Below, one piece after another: positions 9,155 to 17,367 of a DNA stretch of 64,000 nucleotides (its first letter is position 1; each line of letters opens with the position of its first letter). The notes under the pieces are model-generated. The model made no database searches and was not told the origin of the DNA. It saw only the letters and a program-made list of their open reading frames with translations. This DNA comes from a virus (taxonomy: Duplodnaviria; Caudoviricetes), in the IMG/VR virus record IMGVR_UViG_3300041413_000047, positions 1 to 64,000 of that record. One strand, written 5' to 3'. A program made the translations under genes and the position numbers.

Positions 9155-9370
9155 CTACGCGTCCTCCAGGGGTAGTTCGGTCTGTCCGTCCATCGCGGGC
9201 ACGGGAGCGGCTGTGCGGGCCGTTGGCGGTCTCGGTGGGACTCGGGGGCCCGGAAGCCCCGTTCGACGCTCCTGCGACGACTGAGCGAGCTTCCTGGCGC
9301 ACTTGGGCCCATACGGTCCGGGACTCCTGCGCAACGAACGGCCGCAGCCCTCGCACTTCCGGGCGGTCAC
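9155..9370 (-). CDS. Small zinc-finger protein
   Basis: CEGCGRSL...GPKCARK. Confidence 0.6.
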   Translation of the reverse strand: MTARKCEGCGRSLRRSPGPYGPKCARKLAQSSQERRTGLPGPRVPPRPPTARTAAPVPAMDGQTELPLEDA

Positions 9371-9933
9371 CGGTCGGCCTCCGGCAGCGGGTAGCCGGCG
9401 GCGGCGAGGTCCTCGACGAGGACGTCCCGGCCCTCGCTGCTGCGGTACCAGGCGGCGACGATCCGCAGCACCTCATCCCGCTGCTTCTCCGCGCGCTGCC
9501 GGAACTGATGCGGGGTGGGGCTCGTGCGGCGCTGGATGGTGACCGTGTACGAGTCCATGGGGTTGTCGCCGGAGCGGAGGTCCATGGAGACGGAGGGCGC
9601 GGTCATCTCGGTCTCGACGTAGTTCTCGGCGCCGTAGCCGTCGAGGACGCCCCGCATCCCGGCCACGAAGATCTTCAGGATTTCGGTCGCGGGTTCGAGG
9701 TCGAGGGTGGCGACGCCGTCCCGGATGGTGAGCGCCCGCAGCATCGTGCCGTCGGTGAGGATCTCGGCGGCCGTGTCTCCGAGGGCGTCCATGGCGATGT
9801 CGCCGAGGAGGCGCCAGTCGCCGTCGTTGAGGTCGTGCCATTCGTGGTGGGTCTCGCGGAGGGCGGCGGTGATGGCGCGGGCGGCTTTGAGGCGCCGGTC
9901 GTAGCGCTGCTTGTCGGTGAGTTCGGCGGCCAT
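9367..9933 (-). CDS. Hypothetical protein
   Basis: 188 aa, GGAG RBS, coupled stop. Confidence 0.65.
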   Translation of the reverse strand: MAAELTDKQRYDRRLKAARAITAALRETHHEWHDLNDGDWRLLGDIAMDALGDTAAEILTDGTMLRALTIRDGVATLDLEPATEILKIFVAGMRGVLDGYGAENYVETEMTAPSVSMDLRSGDNPMDSYTVTIQRRTSPTPHQFRQRAEKQRDEVLRIVAAWYRSSEGRDVLVEDLAAAGYPLPEADR

Positions 9934-10006
9934 CAGGGGCTCCTTCGGTCAGTGGTCGGGTTCAGGCGCGCGATCGCAGGAACCACCGGTCCCTGCATGG
10001 GGCGGG

Positions 10007-10222
10007 TCAGGCGGCATCGGTCTCGACGAGCCGGAGGTGGCGGGAGAGGCGGGTTTCGTCGTGCCAGTGCCAGTCGGCGATGGCGTCGCCGAGGTCGTTC
10101 CAGTGGCGGGCTTGTTCTTCGGGCGTCCACTGGTGGCCGGCGGGGCGGGGCTTGATCGGGGCGGGCGGGTCTGGCCGTACGGGGATGGCTTCGGCCATGA
10201 GGCGCTCGTACGGGGTGCTCAC
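10007..10222 (-). CDS. Hypothetical protein
   Basis: GTGA coupling. Confidence 0.55.
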   Translation of the reverse strand: MSTPYERLMAEAIPVRPDPPAPIKPRPAGHQWTPEEQARHWNDLGDAIADWHWHDETRLSRHLRLVETDAA

Positions 10223-10551
10223 GACGCGGCCCGCTGGTCGGCCATACGGAGCGCGTCGGCAACCGTGAACCCGTTCACCGTGACGAGCGGCGCTTGCTCC
10301 TTCGCGAGGCGGAGCGCGGTGTCCAGGTCGAAGCGGTGGTTGTCGAGCCAGTTGTCATCGCGCTCGGAGGGACGCATCTCCCAGTCCCATGTGCCGTCGG
10401 CGCCGAGGACTTGGGAGTGGCGCTTGACGGCCCAAAGGCCGCGGCCCCGGTACTCGACGGCGATCTCGAAGACGTGGGAGTCGATGCCGTCTTCGGGCAG
10501 GCAGTTCACGGCGTACCGGATGGGGCGGGCGGTGGGCTCCGGTGTGGTCAC
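10219..10551 (-). CDS. Hypothetical protein
   Basis: AAGGAG RBS; coupled. Confidence 0.65.
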   Translation of the reverse strand: MTTPEPTARPIRYAVNCLPEDGIDSHVFEIAVEYRGRGLWAVKRHSQVLGADGTWDWEMRPSERDDNWLDNHRFDLDTALRLAKEQAPLVTVNGFTVADALRMADQRAAS

Positions 10552-10706
10552 TGGCTGGCTCCTTGAGCGAGGTCTGCGGCGACGACCGTGTAGCCGCTGC
10601 TGATCAGGTACTGGGCCACCCGCCGGGCCGCCTCTGCGGCGGGCTCTCCGAGGAGGTGGGCGTCTGCGAGGGCGGCTTCGATGACGGGAAGGCAGTGGTC
10701 GGGCAC
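10548..10706 (-). CDS. Small hypothetical protein (MPDHCLP...)
   Basis: GAGGAG RBS before GTG 10706. Confidence 0.5.
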   Translation of the reverse strand: MPDHCLPVIEAALADAHLLGEPAAEAARRVAQYLISSGYTVVAADLAQGASQ

Positions 10707-10858
10707 GGGTCCTCCTCGGTTCGCGTGTTCCAGGTCGTGATGCGGATGTCGTGGCTGTCGGCGGTCAAGCGCCGGCCGCGGGCTGCGGTGGTGCAGCGGC
10801 GGCCGGGCGGGGCGTGGCACCAGGGGCAGCGGATGGCCCACTCGGGCGGCTTGGTCAC
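10604..10858 (-). CDS. Phage zinc-finger protein; C-terminal overlap with next gene doubtful
   Basis: CPWCHAPPGRRC...SH. Confidence 0.5.
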   Translation of the reverse strand: MTKPPEWAIRCPWCHAPPGRRCTTAARGRRLTADSHDIRITTWNTRTEEDPCPTTAFPSSKPPSQTPTSSESPPQRRPGGWPST

Positions 10859-11700
10859 GTGAAGCAGTAGCCGGAGTCGCAGGCGCCGTCGGCCTCGTCG
10901 AACATCGGCAGCAGATCCACGCCGTCCGGGATGGCCTGGCGCAGCGGCTTGTTGAAGCGCGTCAGGTAGACGTGGTCTTTGCCCAGCTCGTCGCGCCGCT
11001 CGTTGAGGAGTTCTTCGAGCTGGCACGACTTCTCGAACAGCTCCGGCTCGTCCCGCCGCTGGTCGTGCCAGGTCTCCGGACGGTGGAACGGGCAGAAGAA
11101 GCAGCTGCTCTTGGGCGGCACGGGCAGCCCCGCGTCACGGATGACCCGGGCGCAGTCGGTACGCCGCAGCCCCAGATCCAGCAGCGGGTACGTGACCACC
11201 TCGTGCGGTTCGGTGCGCCGATTGTTCGCCCGGTGGATCTCGTCGACCGAGATGCCGATGCCGATCACCGCCGGGGTCTTCTCGCTGGCGCCGCGCCGCT
11301 TCAGTTCCTTCCCGATCACCTTGATCTTGAAGTCGGCGGTGCACGACCGCTGGCCCGGCGCCCCGTTGGACATGCGGACCGGGATCGGCAGCGAGCGGGA
11401 GCCGGGCCGGGTGAGTCGACCCATGAGGGTCTCGACGCTGCCGTCCCGCTTCACCCGGTCCAGGACGGCGAGCTCTATGCCGTGCTCGGCTGCGAACGGG
11501 CGGGCGTACTCCTCGACGTACCGGAGCGTGCCGGGGTTCTCGGAGTCGTCGCCCACGTTGGCCATGAGGAACAGGCGGAAGTCGATGCGCTGCTGGGCGG
11601 CGAGGACGAGGAGGGCGGTGGACTGGACGCCACCGCCATAGCTGATGGAACGCAGCGTGGTCGTGGTCATGGCGCCTCGGTTCTCGGGTTCGTCGGTCAT
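10855..11700 (-). CDS. PAPS-reductase-like (PP-loop, probable Fe-S) protein
   Basis: SYGGGVQS PP-loop; CTADFK; KSSCFFCPF; C-terminal CDSGYC. Confidence 0.8.
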   Translation of the reverse strand: MTDEPENRGAMTTTTLRSISYGGGVQSTALLVLAAQQRIDFRLFLMANVGDDSENPGTLRYVEEYARPFAAEHGIELAVLDRVKRDGSVETLMGRLTRPGSRSLPIPVRMSNGAPGQRSCTADFKIKVIGKELKRRGASEKTPAVIGIGISVDEIHRANNRRTEPHEVVTYPLLDLGLRRTDCARVIRDAGLPVPPKSSCFFCPFHRPETWHDQRRDEPELFEKSCQLEELLNERRDELGKDHVYLTRFNKPLRQAIPDGVDLLPMFDEADGACDSGYCFT

Positions 11701-12428
11701 GGGGTGGACTCCTCGGCGAGCTGCTGCTGGAACTGCTCAAGTTCGGCGCGCTGCTCGGCGGTGAGCTGGTTGAGGTGGGCGGCGGCTGCTGCCTTGCGGG
11801 CGGCGATCTGCGCGAGGTCTTCACGGGGCAGGTCGTGAGCGTCACGGGCAGCACGGCGGCGGGCAGCGTGCGGGACGGTGCGCGGACTGCCGTTGCTGCG
11901 GCAGTGCCGTCCCAGCGGCGCCAGGCACGCCGGGCACGGGACGGTGAGCGGGCCGACGCGTACCGGGCGGCGGGTGCCGGTCGGGTCGTCGCCGGGCACG
12001 TCATGGCCGACAGCGGCGAGTTCACGCGTCAGTCGCGGGTCCGGGGTGCCGGGGCCGAGGGCGCGCAGTCCGGTGTCCGGTCCGATACGGCCGTCAGCGA
12101 GAGCAGCCGTACGGGCACGCAGCCGGATCAGGTACTGCTGCGGGGTTTCGTCGGGGTCGCCGTCGTAGCGCAGGTTCGCCACCCGCTCACGGCGGGCGCG
12201 CTTCGCGATGTCGATGAGGTCGACGGCGGTGACCCTGTAGCGGTCCTTGGGCTGGCGGTTCGCCATCTCCTGGTAGAACGCGGTCAGTGCGTTCTCGGCA
12301 TCAGCGCGGGTGAGGCCGGCGGCGGCGAGGTCGGCGTGCCAGGCGAGGATGTCGGCTCGCCCGACGGTGCGCTGGTCGCGGGCTGCGGCGAGTCCGAGGA
12401 GTGTCGACGCGTCTTCGAAGGTGATCAC
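11697..12428 (-). CDS. Replication accessory protein (helicase loader/inhibitor-like) with C-terminal zinc finger
   Basis: Directly after rep; CPACLAPLGRHC...PH. Confidence 0.55.
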   Translation of the reverse strand: MITFEDASTLLGLAAARDQRTVGRADILAWHADLAAAGLTRADAENALTAFYQEMANRQPKDRYRVTAVDLIDIAKRARRERVANLRYDGDPDETPQQYLIRLRARTAALADGRIGPDTGLRALGPGTPDPRLTRELAAVGHDVPGDDPTGTRRPVRVGPLTVPCPACLAPLGRHCRSNGSPRTVPHAARRRAARDAHDLPREDLAQIAARKAAAAAHLNQLTAEQRAELEQFQQQLAEESTP

Positions 12429-13408
12429 TGCGCCTCCTGGTGTGCAGCAGCTAGTGCGGCGTCGAACTCGGCTTGCATCTGGCGGCCGAGTTCGAGGGCG
12501 GCCTGGACGCGGGCGTCCGTGGTGGACAGGCGGGGTTGGGCGAAGGGCACGACGACGCCGCTGGGTCGGTTGGCGCGCTCGGACGCGTACTTCGCGGAGC
12601 GGCGCATCCACTTCTGCCACTCGGTGGGCCAGTTGGGGCGGCGGGTGTTCTGCGCCCGGAAGTGGTCGACGAACTGGGCGGTCTCGTAGTCGACGTCGAG
12701 GCCGGCGCCGAAGGTGCGCAGCGACCAGCCGCGCATGGCGTCGGTGAGTTCGAAGCCGTCGATGTCGATCGGGGAGGGCGCAAAAGCGTCGACCTCAGGC
12801 GCCTCACTACGTGCACCCTCTCCACCTACATCAGCCATAGAAATAGGTCGGGTCGGGTCGGGTCGGGTCGGGGCATCGTTAGTAACGCCGTGACGAATCA
12901 CGTTGACCTGCGGCTTTACCTCAGAAACTGAGCCGTTTGAAGTCGCCGTCGTGTCGCCGTCGTGCTGCTGTCGTGTCGCCGTCGTGTCGTCGTCGTGCGT
13001 TTCGCCGGTCCGCGTAACGCCGTTACTACCCCCGTTACTCGGCACGTCGGAGCCGTCCGGCGGGACGGGCTTTCCGTTCTTGCGCTTGCGGAACTTCTCC
13101 TGCCGCTCCGCGTTCTTCTTCCGCTCCGCCTGCACCTGCTCGCGGGACGGGTTGTAGTCGAGGTAGTCATGGATGACCCAGCCGTCGTCGGCGCGGTCCC
13201 ACACGCCGGCATCTTCGAGCTGCTTCGCGGTCGCCTTGAGGCCCCGTACGTGCGCGACGAGAGTCAGCTCGCGGTCGGTGATGCGGCCGTCGGTGAGGTT
13301 CTCGGCGCACCAGCAGATCGCGGAGATGTGTAGCCGGAAGGCCCGGTCGGACAGCAAGGCGATCTTGCGGTGCGACGGGAACCGGTCGTCCAACTTGACC
13401 CAGGGCAT
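12425..13408 (-). CDS. Replication initiator protein
   Basis: MPWVKLDDRF..HRK N-terminus, TRPDPTRP linker, internal tandem repeats. Confidence 0.8.
   Translation of the reverse strand: MPWVKLDDRFPSHRKIALLSDRAFRLHISAICWCAENLTDGRITDRELTLVAHVRGLKATAKQLEDAGVWDRADDGWVIHDYLDYNPSREQVQAERKKNAERQEKFRKRKNGKPVPPDGSDVPSNGGSNGVTRTGETHDDDTTATRQQHDGDTTATSNGSVSEVKPQVNVIRHGVTNDAPTRPDPTRPISMADVGGEGARSEAPEVDAFAPSPIDIDGFELTDAMRGWSLRTFGAGLDVDYETAQFVDHFRAQNTRRPNWPTEWQKWMRRSAKYASERANRPSGVVVPFAQPRLSTTDARVQAALELGRQMQAEFDAALAAAHQEAQ
12942..12996. repeat. Five 11-bp tandem iterons (GTCGCCGTCGT consensus), candidate origin
   Basis: Units start at 12942, 12953, 12964, 12975, 12986; AT-richer DNA adjacent. Confidence 0.7.
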
Positions 13409-13863
13409 CAGACCTTGGCCCCCTTCGAGCTGTTGCAGGAGCGGCAGAGCGTGCGGAGGTTCTCGTCCGTATCCGGTCCGTACAGGGACCATGGGTGGAT
13501 GTGGTCGAGGGTGAGGTCGTCTGTTGTTCCGCAGTTGAGGCAGGCGTTGCCGTCGCGGTCGTAGATTCGGCGGCGTTGCGCGGCGGGGATGGTGGCGCGG
13601 TTGTCGTCGCGAGCCCAGTCGAGGAGTTCGTCGTCGAGTCGGTACGTGTCGCCCGTGATCGTCGCGAGTCCGGCGGCGACCATGCGGCGGGTCTGGGCGG
13701 TGGTGCCGTACTGGCGGACCAGGTCGCTCGGGACGCTCCACTCTCCGGGGTGGTAACGCACGGCCCAGGCGGCCAGCCGGACCCATAGGCCGGTTGCAGT
13801 GTTCCCCGCCATGACGATCTTGGGGTGGGTGAACGTTCGGCCATCGATCTTGAGGGTTGCCAT
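13408..13863 (-). CDS. HNH endonuclease fused to a Rep-like N-terminal domain
   Basis: CLNCG...LTLDHIHPWS.YG....NLRTLCRSCNSSK. Confidence 0.85.
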   Translation of the reverse strand: MATLKIDGRTFTHPKIVMAGNTATGLWVRLAAWAVRYHPGEWSVPSDLVRQYGTTAQTRRMVAAGLATITGDTYRLDDELLDWARDDNRATIPAAQRRRIYDRDGNACLNCGTTDDLTLDHIHPWSLYGPDTDENLRTLCRSCNSSKGAKV

Positions 13864-14061
13864 CCGGGCTGCTTCTTTCAGTCGTGCCGATCGGGGCATG
13901 CGGGAGAAACCCCCTGCTCAGGGAGGCTTTTCGATCTCTTGCCCTGCGCTCGATCCTACCGCTCGCGGTGGCAAAACGCATATGCAATCTACCACCGTCA
14001 CGAAGCTGTGACGAGAGCAGTGGTGTCGACTTGTTGCCCGCGCGTCCGCTAGCCTTTTGCC

Positions 14062-14256
14062 ATGGCAACCCGCGACCCGATGCCCAACCGAGTAGTGCGC
14101 GTCTCCGATGACGACTGGAACGCGTACCAATCGGCGTGCGACGAAAAGGGCATCTCGCGGTCCGACGACCTCCGCATGCACATCAAGCGCGAGGTCAACG
14201 CCTGGCGTAAGCGCCAACGCGACGCCGGCGCCGCCCGCACCATCGCCGAGTCCTGA
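14062..14256 (+). CDS. Ribbon-helix-helix (CopG/Arc-like) regulator, probably leaderless
   Basis: NRVVRVSDDDW...GISRSDDLRMHI; TCGACT-N18-TAGCCT-N6-ATG. Confidence 0.7.
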   Translation: MATRDPMPNRVVRVSDDDWNAYQSACDEKGISRSDDLRMHIKREVNAWRKRQRDAGAARTIAES

Positions 14257-14321
14257 CGCGCCGCCGTAGGCGGCCGGCACACAGCCAGCCGCTCTGCGGT
14301 ATCCGGTAGACGAGGGGATGG

Positions 14322-15596
14322 TCATGCAGCACGCCCCGGCTCAGCTGCTCGACAGCCGGCGTAGTGGAGCTGCACCCCGTACAGCGTGCGATGCGTGGCG
14401 GGCCTATTGCATCCTGGGCAGCGCGCAGCACTGGCTACGGTTGATGCATCGGATGCCGGAGGCGACGGAGGAACGTCGATCGTAAGCGAGAGGCCCGCGA
14501 GACCGCGCGTCTTCAGTGGGGCGCTCTTCACCTTCGCCGGGTCGAACGTCTTCTCCCCGTACGTGCATGAGCCGCTGATCTCCTCACGCGAGTAGGTCAC
14601 CTCGTCCTCGGGGTCTGACTCGTCGCGGTCGGGGGCGTCCTCGTCGCCCACGTACTTCAGCCACCTGGCCTTGTCGGCAGACGGAACCCACAGGTAGGCA
14701 CCAGCACGCCGATCCTTGCGTGATGGGATGAACAGCGACTCGACGTCGCCCGTTGCCGCGCCGACGATGGTCTGACCGACGGTGACCCCCAGTCGGTCGC
14801 CTTCGTATCCGGTTGCCTCGCCGTCCAGCCGTCGCGGGGTGTCCCACGTCAGGTGCACGTTGTTGCACCCGGTCTTGACCTTCACGTCCGGGCACGGCCG
14901 TTCCGCAGCCGCCGTGCAATGCCACTCGACCAGGACCCTGAAGCCACCCATGAGCGGGAGGTCGTCAGCCTCGCTGATCTGCTGCCAGTGCTGTGGACGC
15001 ATCAGCATCCAGTTCGCCCGGTCGATCAGATGGAAGGTGTCGTTGTCGGTGATCCAGTTAGCGACGAGGCCAGCTTCGGCGTGGTTACGGGAGCGAGCGC
15101 GCACGTTGTCGGGGGACGCGTTGTAGAACTGCGCCTCGCATCCCAGGCTCAAGCCCCCGCTTCCGTAGACAGTGTTGTCGGGGCGCCGGGTGCGTGTCCT
15201 CGTCGCCTTCTCCACGGCGTTTGCGATGCCGGCCTTGTCACAGAAGCGGGCGACGAAGTCCTTCGTGGCCTTGTGCTTGTCGGACTCTTCGGAAGTCACG
15301 GCGTGCGGGGTAGGGAGGTGGGCCGCGCACCAGCGGAGGGTTCCGTCTGGGCAGCGCTGTTTTCGCACGGCCATGTGTGGGCTCTTAACGCCGCTGTGCT
15401 CGGCCTTGCATGACTCGCCGTTGGCGCGAGCGACACACAGCAGCAGCTCGCGGTCTCGCTCGCGAACCGGGCGCCTGATCTCCTGCCAGATCTCCTTGAC
15501 CTGGTCGGCGGTGTACTTCGCGGGGTGTAGCCCGAGGTCTTCGCGGTTGAGGTTCAGGTCCTCGCCGATACGGGTGTGATGGACGCCGTCTGCCAT
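14322..15596 (-). CDS. CoiA-like PD-(D/E)xK nuclease-fold protein
   Basis: RRPD...GCEAQF motif; Cys clusters. Confidence 0.55.
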   Translation of the reverse strand: MADGVHHTRIGEDLNLNREDLGLHPAKYTADQVKEIWQEIRRPVRERDRELLLCVARANGESCKAEHSGVKSPHMAVRKQRCPDGTLRWCAAHLPTPHAVTSEESDKHKATKDFVARFCDKAGIANAVEKATRTRTRRPDNTVYGSGGLSLGCEAQFYNASPDNVRARSRNHAEAGLVANWITDNDTFHLIDRANWMLMRPQHWQQISEADDLPLMGGFRVLVEWHCTAAAERPCPDVKVKTGCNNVHLTWDTPRRLDGEATGYEGDRLGVTVGQTIVGAATGDVESLFIPSRKDRRAGAYLWVPSADKARWLKYVGDEDAPDRDESDPEDEVTYSREEISGSCTYGEKTFDPAKVKSAPLKTRGLAGLSLTIDVPPSPPASDASTVASAARCPGCNRPATHRTLYGVQLHYAGCRAAEPGRAA

Positions 15597-15659
15597 GAGG
15601 TTTCCCCCTCCCTTCCTCCGCCCCGCACCGTCCGTGCGGGGCATTCGTGCTGCGGTCGG

Positions 15660-15983
15660 TCAGCGGTAGTTGTGGATGACCAGCCAGGCGGGCGCCGGGT
15701 GGTCAGTGAGGCCGAGGCTCACGGCCGCCTCATGCAGGGACACGCCCCAGTCGGACAGGCCCGGCGGGGTGAAGAACTCCGGCGTCAGGGAGACCACGGC
15801 GTTCTCGTCGACTCGCACACAACGGGTCGCGAGGAGCAGCCGGTCGCAGTCGCCGACGACGATGTAGCCAACGCTGTCCGGGTTGTAGGGCTGGTTCTGG
15901 AGCGCGCGGTCGACCTCGTTGACGTCGGTGTGGGGCGGGATCTCGATGCCGTAGACGATGTCCACGGAGTGGTAAAGACCCAT
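15660..15983 (-). CDS. Hypothetical protein
   Basis: AAAGGTG RBS before ATG 15983. Confidence 0.6.
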   Translation of the reverse strand: MGLYHSVDIVYGIEIPPHTDVNEVDRALQNQPYNPDSVGYIVVGDCDRLLLATRCVRVDENAVVSLTPEFFTPPGLSDWGVSLHEAAVSLGLTDHPAPAWLVIHNYR

Positions 15984-16092
15984 ATCGGTGCACCTTTCAT
16001 GTGGTTTTAGGGTTGGCCCGGGCTCGCATGGGGGTGGAGCCCGGGCCGTGGCGGCCGTGCGGGTGGGGGCCCGCAGGGGAGGAGGCCGCCGG

Positions 16093-16248
16093 TCAGGGGC
16101 GGCGCCGGTGGAGGAAGTACGCGGCAACCCACACCGCGGCCGCGACGAGGGCGCCGACGATCAACGTCGTGAGCGGGGTACCGCCGTCGGCGTACACGAC
16201 TGCCGCGATCACAGCCCCGGTGAAGAGGGCGAGCGGGAAGTGCTTCAT
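16093..16248 (-). CDS. Small two-TM membrane protein
   Basis: Two hydrophobic helices; ATGA coupling. Confidence 0.6.
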   Translation of the reverse strand: MKHFPLALFTGAVIAAVVYADGGTPLTTLIVGALVAAAVWVAAYFLHRRRP

Positions 16249-16559
16249 GAGCACGGTCCGCACGTCGGGTTGCCGCATTTGAGGCCGAGGCGGTGTTCGG
16301 TGTCGGCGGTCCACGCGTAGCCGTGGCGCAGGACGACCGCGCCGAGGACGTACGACGGGTCGTCGAGCTTGTCGGCGTTGTGCTTCAGCTGGGCGAACGT
16401 GCCGTTCAGTTCGTTCGCCAACTCCAGCGCGGCGGCCAGGGTGTCGGCGTTGTGGAGTTCGTCCATGCCGGACACCCACACCGCCCACTCCTGCTCCTCG
16501 TAGCCGAGGCGGGTGCGGTTGGGGCCGAACAGTGGGGTGGCCGGGTCGATGATGTTCAC
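16245..16559 (-). CDS. Hypothetical protein
   Basis: GTGA coupling. Confidence 0.6.
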   Translation of the reverse strand: MNIIDPATPLFGPNRTRLGYEEQEWAVWVSGMDELHNADTLAAALELANELNGTFAQLKHNADKLDDPSYVLGAVVLRHGYAWTADTEHRLGLKCGNPTCGPCS

Positions 16560-16744
16560 GATGTGCCCTTCGGTTTGCAGGTGTGGGCCCCGATCGGATC
16601 GGAGCGAAGGAAGTCGATGACGAGTTGGCGGCCCGTGACTCGGCGGTGAGTGAGGCAGCGCGCGCACAGGAAGTCGGCCAGCGCGGTCTGCTTCCACTCC
16701 ATGCGCCGCACGCTGATTCCGCCCAGCCACGAGCCGCCCATCAC
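16556..16744 (-). CDS. Small hypothetical protein
   Basis: CxxC...HxC; coupled. Confidence 0.55.
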   Translation of the reverse strand: MMGGSWLGGISVRRMEWKQTALADFLCARCLTHRRVTGRQLVIDFLRSDPIGAHTCKPKGTS

Positions 16745-17367
16745 GCTGCGGCCTCAGCCAGTCGGGCCGCTTCCGCCCGCTCGGCGGCCACCTTCAGCGC
16801 CTGCCGCTCCACCTGGTCCGAGATGTGCTCAGGCAGCACGCACTCCTCGACGTCGCACATGCGGCGCACGCACCCGTACGGCATCTGACCTCGGGATACG
16901 AAGAAGCCGATCTGCTTCTTCGTGTACGGCCGGCCCCCGTAGTCGACGGCCTGTTTGCCGCGCCAGCCGAGGTGCCCGTTCGGGAGGAGGTAGGTGCGTT
17001 CTTCCCAGATGGTGTGCAGGGTGCGCCGGTCGACCGCGGCGAGCGCCTGCCGGATGGCGGTGGCGACTGCGGCCGGGTTCTTGCGCTGTTCGGGTCCGAG
17101 GCGCCTGCGGAGGGAGAGGCGCTGCTCTTCGTGTAGTGCACCCCACGTGCCGAACTCGACGCCTTCGAGGACTGCCCACAAGCCGCACGCGTCGAGGGAG
17201 GGGCAGCGGCGGCATGCTTGTTCGGCGGTCTCGCGGGCGAGTTTCTCGTGTGCGGTGGCGAACCACAGGTCGGCGCGGCCCTTGAACTGGGGGCGGCGAC
17301 AGAGGCCGTCAGCACGCCAGTCGTAGGCGGGCTCGAGGTCGGGGACCTGCCCCGAGTAGGCGTTCAC
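16741..17367 (-). CDS. WhiB-family transcription factor with C-terminal HNH-like Cys/His domain
   Basis: WRADGLC...ACRRCPSLDAC...GTWGA; MCDVEECVLPEH. Confidence 0.8.
   Translation of the reverse strand: MNAYSGQVPDLEPAYDWRADGLCRRPQFKGRADLWFATAHEKLARETAEQACRRCPSLDACGLWAVLEGVEFGTWGALHEEQRLSLRRRLGPEQRKNPAAVATAIRQALAAVDRRTLHTIWEERTYLLPNGHLGWRGKQAVDYGGRPYTKKQIGFFVSRGQMPYGCVRRMCDVEECVLPEHISDQVERQALKVAAERAEAARLAEAAA

Noticed and set aside
12847-12872. GGTCG tandem repeat
   Set aside because: Encodes the TRPDPTRP linker of the initiator; not an independent repeat element
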